Part shown: piece by piece, positions 28,003 through 35,117 of the stretch | How the letters are laid out: each line of letters begins with the position of its first letter | Numbering within the stretch: position 1 is the stretch's first letter | NCBI GenBank assembly: GCA_045120555.1 | Contig: JBGVEZ010000070.1 | Coordinates: 1 to 35,117, forward strand | DNA from: Eubacteriales bacterium | GTDB taxonomy: Bacteria > Bacillota > Clostridia > Oscillospirales > CAG-272 | Direction: 5' to 3' | DNA: 35,117 bases | Made by a program: the position numbers and the translations under genes | The notes under the pieces: generated by a model | Database searches by the model: none | What the model saw: the letters and a program-made list of their open reading frames with translations, nothing else | What the model was told of the DNA's origin: nothing

Positions 28003-29760
28003 TTATTTAACGTAAGGAATTGTGACCGTTGTCGTTGTTTTACCTGCGACGATGACCTCCTTGACGTGGAGGAAATGGACGAGGTAATAGTTTGCTTCCC
28101 AAGCGGAGCCTGCGGTCTGGTTCCATGCCATTTTATTCTGCTGTGCGGCAACGCCGTCCGGCCACATAACGATGGACGGGTCAACGAGCTTATAGAACTC
28201 TATTGTGCCGTTACGTGCGCGGTAGCGGTTCTGGTTATGGCCGTGGTGAGGGACGGTCATGATATCGGTCTTAAGGTATTCGCCGTAGCGCTTGCACATT
28301 TCGTCAACGTTTATCTTTGATGCGTCGCCGGTTACCATGATGGACTGATCTCCCGTAAAGAAGCGGAACACAGCGTTTTTGAGGTTTCCGTCAACCGACG
28401 ATTTATCGATATCGCCGATATTTTCCTCACCGACAATAGTGGGGAGGAAGTCGGACATGGTGTAGAGGACCTCCATATCACATCCGGGGAAATGGAATAT
28501 CTGACCTGTGAGTGCCTTATATACGGTTGCATTCGGCCAATTATCGTTTATTGCTTTTCTTGTGGTATCGAAATTACCGGTCGAGGAATACTGATGCTGC
28601 TCTTCCGTGTCACAGCCGTTGAAGATAAAGCTTTCAACGGTGAATACACCCTTTTTTGCATAGCTCGGTGAGAACTGAAGGAATGCACCTACATGGTCGC
28701 CGTGGGCATGCGTGAATACCCATGCGCGGATGGTTACCTTTTTGCTGTTGCCCGAGAGCTTATAGAGAGTGTTTGCGATATCGTCAGCCTCTGCCTTTGT
28801 TTTATGTCCGCCGTCAACAATGATAAACGTACCGTCGGGGAGACCGATTATACAGCCGAGACCGCCCGAGTTTCCGCCCTTTTCAAGACCGAGAAGAGTA
28901 AACGTGGGCTCGCATACCTTTGTGTAGCTTACCTTATCCGTTGAAGGAAGAACTGCGTTTTTCGCTGCGATCACGCGCATTTGCTTATTATGCTCTGTAT
29001 AATATGCGTGGACAGTGAATTTGTCCTTTTTGTAGGTGATAAATTCGGTGCCGCCGAGATTTGAGGTTGCATATTCGGTAAAGCCCTCGTCGGAGAGGAT
29101 TTTTTTGTAGCCATCAAGGATGTCCTTTGTACATCCATTGAGGGTTGCCTGCTGATAGTTGTCGTCACAATCGGAGAACTCGCAGGAGGTAAAGCCCACG
29201 GGAGAGGGTACTTCTTTGGTAAGAACAGAGAAGCTGCCGTTTACTCTCTTACCGCTGAGGTTGAAATCGGGGGTTATTTCAAGCTTTCCGTCCTTCATGT
29301 TTTCGGTTACGTAGTCAACAAACTTTGTCAGCGCGTACTCGAGTGCGTAATTGACCTTTGATGCGATAACGATCTTGGTTCCCACGACCTTTATGACGTA
29401 GTTGTTATATCCAAGCTCGCTTTCAACCGCTTCGTATTCGGGAGTGTCGGTGACGCCGCAGAGTATCTCGTATGTATCTCGTTCCTTCTTGCCGTCAACG
29501 GTTATCATTATGTCCTCAATTCCCGTTGCGGATTTCAGATCCTTTACAAATCCCGTATACATCTTGACGTTGTCCGTTTTATAAGGACGCGTGACTACGA
29601 AATTGAATTTTCCGTCCTCTGCAACGGTAAGATTTGTCGCCTGAGGTGCTTCGGTGGTTTCGGGTGCCGTTGTCTGATCGGGCTGCGACGTGGGCTTACA
29701 GGAGACCGCGCAAGCAACGATCAACGTTAACGTCAGTATAAGAAATAATGCTCTTTTCAT
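28003..29760 (-). CDS. Lipoprotein with C-terminal ComEC/Rec2-like MBL-fold metallohydrolase domain
   Basis: AVSC lipobox, Thr/Pro linker, IIVDGG, THAHGDH, TGDA, VPHHG. Confidence 0.8.
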   Translation of the reverse strand: MKRALFLILTLTLIVACAVSCKPTSQPDQTTAPETTEAPQATNLTVAEDGKFNFVVTRPYKTDNVKMYTGFVKDLKSATGIEDIMITVDGKKERDTYEILCGVTDTPEYEAVESELGYNNYVIKVVGTKIVIASKVNYALEYALTKFVDYVTENMKDGKLEITPDFNLSGKRVNGSFSVLTKEVPSPVGFTSCEFSDCDDNYQQATLNGCTKDILDGYKKILSDEGFTEYATSNLGGTEFITYKKDKFTVHAYYTEHNKQMRVIAAKNAVLPSTDKVSYTKVCEPTFTLLGLEKGGNSGGLGCIIGLPDGTFIIVDGGHKTKAEADDIANTLYKLSGNSKKVTIRAWVFTHAHGDHVGAFLQFSPSYAKKGVFTVESFIFNGCDTEEQHQYSSTGNFDTTRKAINDNWPNATVYKALTGQIFHFPGCDMEVLYTMSDFLPTIVGEENIGDIDKSSVDGNLKNAVFRFFTGDQSIMVTGDASKINVDEMCKRYGEYLKTDIMTVPHHGHNQNRYRARNGTIEFYKLVDPSIVMWPDGVAAQQNKMAWNQTAGSAWEANYYLVHFLHVKEVIVAGKTTTTVTIPYVK

Positions 29761-29781
29761 TGTATTTTCCTTTCGGTTGGG

Positions 29782-30681
29782 TTAATGAGTTTTTTTATAT
29801 GCTTGTATTATTAAGTCCAAACGGTTGTAAATGAGGTCGGCAACGGCGTGAGACGCGCAATTCACCGTAATAATATCCGCAGCTTCCAATGCGTCGGGAG
29901 AGGAATCGCCCACGGCAACACCAACGTCGGCATCCCTTATCATGGGGGTGTCGTTTTCATAGTTTCCTATCGCCACGGAGAGATATGCACCGGTATATTC
30001 CTTCAGCAGCTTGACAGCTGTGCCCTTGGTTGCGTTTTTGTTGAGAAATTCGATTCCGTGAGGCCAGGAGCGGCAGATGAACGTTTCGCCGTTTGATTCC
30101 CTTATGACCTCGCTCTCTATACGTGCCATTTCGCTTTCGTCGCAATACCTTACGGAGGAGGTTGCTACGGCCTTGTAGATCCCTTTTGAAAGAGCGGTAT
30201 CAACTTCGGGAATGCCCGTTACAACTCTTCCGCCCTCAAGCCTTGCGCCAAAGCTATCGATCGGAGTTTCCTCGCTCGTAACGTCATTTTCATCTATGAA
30301 GGAATAAGACAGTCCTTTTTGGCTTCTTATGATCTTGGTTACGCGGAGATCGTTATATATCAAAAGTCTTTTTATGACCTCGTGCTCACAGAAGAATTTT
30401 ATGGCGGTACAAACGTCGTGCGGCTCCATCAGTATCTCTGATATTCGCTTTTCCCCGTCGAGGATCATCGCACCGTTTAAACAGACCGCGGGTGCCGTCA
30501 GATTCGGAAGTCCGTTAGGATTTGTGAAAAAAATTTGCTTTCGCCCCGAAATAACGGTGAAAAGTCCGCCATTATCGGTGAAATAATCAACGGCTGCTCT
30601 GTTTTCGGGGGATATTACCGCCCCCTCTGCTATAGTCCCGTCAAAGTCGGTGCAAAGGAGAACACCCTCGTATTTTTTCAT
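29782..30681 (-). CDS. Cof-type HAD-IIB hydrolase
   Basis: TDFDGT motif I, ISGR, NGA, ATKG, IGNYENDTPM motif IV. Confidence 0.85.
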   Translation of the reverse strand: MKKYEGVLLCTDFDGTIAEGAVISPENRAAVDYFTDNGGLFTVISGRKQIFFTNPNGLPNLTAPAVCLNGAMILDGEKRISEILMEPHDVCTAIKFFCEHEVIKRLLIYNDLRVTKIIRSQKGLSYSFIDENDVTSEETPIDSFGARLEGGRVVTGIPEVDTALSKGIYKAVATSSVRYCDESEMARIESEVIRESNGETFICRSWPHGIEFLNKNATKGTAVKLLKEYTGAYLSVAIGNYENDTPMIRDADVGVAVGDSSPDALEAADIITVNCASHAVADLIYNRLDLIIQAYKKTH

Positions 30682-30740
30682 ATGTACGTTCCGTCCTTGT
30701 TAAATTATCGTAAAACTTTGCTACAAAACGAAAAAAGCCC

Positions 30741-30769
30741 TTGAAATTTTATAAATAATAGTGTATAAT
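30741..30769 (+). promoter_or_regulatory. SigA-type promoter for the ogg unit
   Basis: TTGAAA-17 nt-TATAAT. Confidence 0.6.
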
Positions 30770-30884
30770 ATTATATATGGCTTTGTGGTAAGTGAAATAT
30801 GTATATATTTTACCACAAAGAGCCGAGGAAATAAAGTGATATTTTGTAAACAAGTTTAAAAGCATACAGGGGCGAAAGAAATAA

Positions 30885-31805
30885 ATGATCGGAAACGAAT
30901 ATTTTCTCAAAAGAAGCAACATAAATGCCGTTCTTGAAACGGTTGACGGATATCCTTGCGTGGTGCTTCGCGGTGTTAAATACTTTTCTATCGAAAAGAC
31001 CTTTGACTGCGGACAGTGCTTCCGCTTTGAAAGAGTTGAGGACGAGAAATACGATGCGTGCGTTTGCGGCGTTGCATTCGGAAAGTACATAAAAATAGCC
31101 GAAAGTGAAGGAGTTTTTTATCTTTTCGGCACGGACATAGAGGAATACAGAAGCCTTTGGCGTCCTTTTCTCGGTCTTGATATGAACTATCCCCGTATGT
31201 GCGAGCGCATCCTTCGTGAAAACGCGTCCTTCCCGATAGTTGCGCAGGCTGAGCTTCGTTCAAGGGGAATAAGAATACTCGTTCAGGACAAGTGGGAGGC
31301 GCTTTGCTCCTTCATAATTTCACAGAACAACAACATCCCGAGAATAAAAAAGATAATCGAAAGACTTTGCCTTGAGTGCGGCGAAAGGTTCATCGCCTTT
31401 GACGGAAGCGAGCATTATTCCTTCCCTTCCCCCGAGGCTGTTATAAAGGGTGGAATCGATATGCTGAAGGATATCGGCACGGGATTTCGCGCAAAATACA
31501 TAATGGATGCCGCAGAGCGCGTCATGTCGGGGAGAGTTGATTTTGATTACCTCTCCGAGTGTGACAACACCGAGGAATGCACGCGCCATCTTTGCGAGGT
31601 ACACGGCGTCGGACCGAAGGTCGCGTCCTGCGTGCTTCTTTTCGCATTTGAAAAATATGACGCGTTTCCGAAGGACGTTTGGATAAATCGCGTGCTGGAT
31701 AAATATTTTGAAAAGGGCTTCGATCCGGATCTGCTCGGTGAATATAAGGGAATAATACAGCAGTGGCTGTTCTATAACGAAAGATACGTTGAAGAAGGAA
31801 AATAA
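30885..31805 (+). CDS. 8-oxoguanine DNA glycosylase (Ogg1-type HhH-GPD)
   Basis: TFDCGQCFRF, GIRIL.QD.WE, FIISQNNNIPRI, GFRAKYI, HhH GVGPKVA, FPKDVW. Confidence 0.9.
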   Translation: MIGNEYFLKRSNINAVLETVDGYPCVVLRGVKYFSIEKTFDCGQCFRFERVEDEKYDACVCGVAFGKYIKIAESEGVFYLFGTDIEEYRSLWRPFLGLDMNYPRMCERILRENASFPIVAQAELRSRGIRILVQDKWEALCSFIISQNNNIPRIKKIIERLCLECGERFIAFDGSEHYSFPSPEAVIKGGIDMLKDIGTGFRAKYIMDAAERVMSGRVDFDYLSECDNTEECTRHLCEVHGVGPKVASCVLLFAFEKYDAFPKDVWINRVLDKYFEKGFDPDLLGEYKGIIQQWLFYNERYVEEGK

Positions 31806-31817
31806 AACGGAAAAGCT

Positions 31818-33128
31818 ATGGTTAAGATAACTGACGTAGATAAAAATTCAAGGCTTTATGCTCTTGGCGTAAGAGAGGGAGACGTGCTTATCTCGGTCAA
31901 CGGAAACGAGATACGCGACGTTCTTGATTACAGATTCTATATAACCGAAAAGGAAGTAGAGCTTGTTCTTTTGAGAAGCGGCGAGGAATACACCGTGTCT
32001 TTGCGTAAGGGAATGTACGATGACATAGGTCTCGGCTTTGAAACGCCTCTTATGGACAAAAAGCATACCTGCACAAATCAGTGCATTTTCTGCTTTGTCG
32101 ACCAAATGCCGAAGGGACTTCGCGATACGCTTTACTTCAAGGATGATGATTCCCGTCTTTCCTTCCTTCACGGAAATTACATCACGATGACGAACATGAA
32201 GCGCGAGGACATTGAGCGCATAATCAAGATGCGAATTTCTCCGATAAACGTTTCGGTCCATACAACAAATCCCGAGCTGCGCGTCAAAATGATGAAAAAC
32301 CGCTTTGCGGGTGAGGTCCTTTCCTACCTTCCCATGCTTGCGGATGCGGGAATAGAGCTTTGTACTCAGCTTGTTCTCTGCCCCGGAATAAACGACGGAG
32401 AGGAGCTTATGCGCAGTATGCACGATCTCGTAAAGCTCTGCCCTTCGCTTATCAGCTGTGCTGCTGTTCCGGTTGGGATAACCAAATTCCGTGACGGTTT
32501 GTGTCCCCTTCGCACCTACACGCCCGAGGAGGCAAGAGAGGTTATAAGGACGGTGAATATGTTCGGTGACTACTGCAAAAAGGAATACGGCTCGCGTATC
32601 TTTACTGTGGCAGACGAATTCTATCTTTGCGCGGGTCTTCCGATCCCCGATGAGGATTACTACGAGGGCTATCCCCAGCTTGAAAACGGCGTTGGGCTCA
32701 TACGCAGTCTGACCGAGGATCTGCGGTACTACCTTGAGGACGAATTTGAATATGACGGTGAATGCAATGAACGGGCTCTTGCGATAACCGGATACGCCGC
32801 ATATGACACGGTGTGCGAGGTGACGGAGATGCTGAAGGCGAGCGTTCCGGGGCTTTCGGTTGACGTTCTGAAGGTAAAGAACGATTTCTTCGGTGATACG
32901 GTGACGGTTGCCGGTCTTCTTACCGGCGTCGATATGAGGGAAGCGATAATCAATGCCAAAAAGGATAAGAATTACACAAGAGTGGTTATACCGCACGCAA
33001 CTCTGAAGGCGGACGAGGATATTTTCCTCTGCGGAATGACGCTTTGCGAGCTTGAACGTGCGGTCGGACTTCCCGTATACGCGGCAAAGAACGAGCCCGA
33101 CGCGCTTGTCGAAGCATTTATTAAATAA
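31818..33128 (+). CDS. PDZ + radical-SAM-like Fe-S protein, DUF512 family
   Basis: N-terminal PDZ-like region, CTNQCIFC cluster motif, KDDDSRLSFLHGNY, QLENGVG, FFG..VTVAGLLTG. Confidence 0.88.
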   Translation: MVKITDVDKNSRLYALGVREGDVLISVNGNEIRDVLDYRFYITEKEVELVLLRSGEEYTVSLRKGMYDDIGLGFETPLMDKKHTCTNQCIFCFVDQMPKGLRDTLYFKDDDSRLSFLHGNYITMTNMKREDIERIIKMRISPINVSVHTTNPELRVKMMKNRFAGEVLSYLPMLADAGIELCTQLVLCPGINDGEELMRSMHDLVKLCPSLISCAAVPVGITKFRDGLCPLRTYTPEEAREVIRTVNMFGDYCKKEYGSRIFTVADEFYLCAGLPIPDEDYYEGYPQLENGVGLIRSLTEDLRYYLEDEFEYDGECNERALAITGYAAYDTVCEVTEMLKASVPGLSVDVLKVKNDFFGDTVTVAGLLTGVDMREAIINAKKDKNYTRVVIPHATLKADEDIFLCGMTLCELERAVGLPVYAAKNEPDALVEAFIK

Positions 33129-33145
33129 AAATCAGGAGAAAAGCT

Positions 33146-33697
33146 ATGATAGATCTGCTTGAAATGCATAAGGAATTTATTCTTCGCCACCTTAAGGAGG
33201 GTGACGTTTGTGCCGATTTCACTATGGGAAACGGTCACGATACCGAATTTCTCTCAAAAACCGTCGGAGAGGGCGGCAAGGTATACGCCTTTGATATACA
33301 GAAGGCGGCTGTCGAATCGACGGCGAAAAATCTCAAGGCGGCGGGTTGCCCCGAAAACTACGTGCTTATAAACGATTCGCACCACAACTTAAAAAAGTAC
33401 ATCACAGAGCCGATAAAGGCGGGTATGTTCAATCTCGGATATCTTCCGGGCGGTGATAAGTCGATAACTACAATGCGCGAAACGACTCTTCCCGCAATCT
33501 CGGATGCTATTGATATGCTCGGCAAGGACGCTTGTCTTAATATCGCTGTGTATCCCGGACATAAGGAGGGCGAGCTTGAGGGCGAGGAGATCTGCGAAAT
33601 GCTCTCAAAGCTTTCAAGATACAAGTTGTGCGTTACGAAGGTAAAGATACTTAATTCACCTACGTCTCCGTATTTTATTTTTGTTGAAACGAAGTGA
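33146..33697 (+). CDS. Class I SAM-dependent methyltransferase (YtqB-like putative rRNA methylase family)
   Basis: DFTMGNGHDT, YAFDIQ, DSH, FNLGYLPGGDK, YPGH..G..E. Confidence 0.85.
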   Translation: MIDLLEMHKEFILRHLKEGDVCADFTMGNGHDTEFLSKTVGEGGKVYAFDIQKAAVESTAKNLKAAGCPENYVLINDSHHNLKKYITEPIKAGMFNLGYLPGGDKSITTMRETTLPAISDAIDMLGKDACLNIAVYPGHKEGELEGEEICEMLSKLSRYKLCVTKVKILNSPTSPYFIFVETK

Positions 33698-33707
33698 CGG
33701 TGATGAT

Positions 33708-35117
33708 ATGAACGATATGAAGGGTAATCCCAAAGAAAGAAATCGTAGGGCAAATCAAGGCTTTGCTGCGGCGGGAAGCTATGAAAAGCACAAAAGGCGC
33801 GTAAGAGCGGGAAGAAATATAGGACAGGTAATGCTTTGGAGCGTTACTGCGGTGCTTGTGGCAATTGCCATCGTTATGGCGGTGTTCGGAATACGCGTTT
33901 TACTTAATAAGCCAGAGCCGCTTCCGGGCCGTATTACGGTCGTTTATTCGGATGACGTATCGGTGAAATACGATAGGGATGAGCTTTACGTTGCTGACAC
34001 GCTATACGTTGATTTTGATTCGCTTTCCTCGGTGCTTGGCTTTACAAAGAGCGTGAGCGGAAATACCGTTACCTATTACGCAAAGGGTGGGGATTCATTG
34101 GTATTTACCGTCGGAGAAGCGTCCGTTACGGTAAACGGAATAAGCTCGAACGCGGGCGGTGCTCCGTTTCTCGGCAAGAACAATGAATTTATGGTGCCTG
34201 CTTACGTGGTCAATTCATATATAAACGATACGGTGATAAGTGTGAGTGAAGATAATAAAAGGATAACAGTAATAACGGTTTCGGATGATATTTCCTTCAA
34301 TCCGAAGAAGAGTGAAACGCTCGGAGAGATGAGCAAGCCATCGTCCTTCCCTGCGGATACGAAATACGATCCTTACGGAACTCTTCCTCCGGACGAAGTA
34401 ACGATACCGGAAACTACAACACCGGAAACGACGGCGCCCGAAACCACGACAGAGGCGACCACCGTCCCCGTGACGACAACGCCAGCACCCTACCCGACGG
34501 ACGCAGAGATCCTTTCGATAATTGCGGGCTACACCTATAAGATAGATGCGACGAAATATCTGCCTTATATGAATCCGACGGATCAGAAGCCGTTTCTGAT
34601 ACTTGCAAACCGTGAAAATCCGCTCGGACAGAGCTTTGCTCCCGATCCGCTCTGGAAGGTTCCCACGCAATATACGCTCGGCGGCAAGGCAATATCTCTT
34701 AAGGACAATGCCTATATGGCTCTTTATGCGATGATACAGGAGATGATAGCGGACGGCGTGTGGGATACGACGGTATGCAGCGGCTACCGCACGTATTCGT
34801 ATCAGTACAATCTCTACTACAACACCTATTACAATCAGGAAAAGGCAAAGAATCCCGGTCTTTCGGACGAAGAGATCTTCAAGATAATCGATACCTATTC
34901 CGCGCGTCCCGGTACAAGCGACCACCAGACGGGACTTTGCGTAGACTTTTACGAGCTTGAGGAGACGTTTGAGAACAGAGCGGCGTTCAAGTGGCTTGAA
35001 AAGAATGCGTACAGATTCGGATTTATTCTTCGATTCCCGAAGGGAAAGACGGATATTACAGGATACACCTATGAGCCTTGGCACTGGCGCTTTGTCGGTC
35101 AGCTTTCGGCATACAAG
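33708..35117 (+). CDS. Membrane-anchored M15B (VanY-like) Zn carboxypeptidase, truncated by the window end
   Basis: Open frame from ATG 33708 to the window edge (missing from the ORF track): basic N-terminus, TM helix, copper-amine-oxidase-N-like stalk, PETTT linker, SGYR, SARPGTSDHQTGLCVD, YGFILRF-like YRFGFILRF, YEPWHWRFVG. Confidence 0.88.
   Translation, partial: MNDMKGNPKERNRRANQGFAAAGSYEKHKRRVRAGRNIGQVMLWSVTAVLVAIAIVMAVFGIRVLLNKPEPLPGRITVVYSDDVSVKYDRDELYVADTLYVDFDSLSSVLGFTKSVSGNTVTYYAKGGDSLVFTVGEASVTVNGISSNAGGAPFLGKNNEFMVPAYVVNSYINDTVISVSEDNKRITVITVSDDISFNPKKSETLGEMSKPSSFPADTKYDPYGTLPPDEVTIPETTTPETTAPETTTEATTVPVTTTPAPYPTDAEILSIIAGYTYKIDATKYLPYMNPTDQKPFLILANRENPLGQSFAPDPLWKVPTQYTLGGKAISLKDNAYMALYAMIQEMIADGVWDTTVCSGYRTYSYQYNLYYNTYYNQEKAKNPGLSDEEIFKIIDTYSARPGTSDHQTGLCVDFYELEETFENRAAFKWLEKNAYRFGFILRFPKGKTDITGYTYEPWHWRFVGQLSAYK

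Noticed and set aside
27660-28184. ORFs 27660-28184 (-) and 27744-28010 (+)
   Set aside because: They translate GC-rich palindromes and terminators; no RBS or protein-like features.

Overview
Chromosomal replication-origin region of a Bacillota (Clostridia-type) bacterium. The core is dnaA-oriC-dnaN-recF-remB-gyrB-[PfkB kinase]-gyrA-mreB-like. To the left, the usual rpmH/rnpA/yidC block is absent. In its place are a PPP-type metallophosphoesterase, three tandem paralogous solute-binding lipoproteins with no transporter, a DUF898 protein and the 3' end of a ThyX-like gene. To the right are a minus-strand block (SASA esterase, maf, Zn-finger DEDDh exonuclease, degenerate acyl-CoA synthetase, mtnN, membrane proteins), trmB, a REP/tandem-repeat-rich intergenic region, an MBL-fold lipoprotein, a Cof HAD hydrolase, and ogg-DUF512-methyltransferase-VanY-like peptidase (truncated). 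The most notable signal is that oriC uses non-canonical TTTTCAAC(A/G) boxes, matching an altered DnaA recognition helix, and that a second dense cluster of the same boxes lies inside the coding sequence of the PfkB gene between gyrB and gyrA (a candidate intragenic DnaA-regulatory locus). GyrA also lacks both quinolone water-metal-bridge residues. All calls come from reading motifs by eye; no database searches were run.
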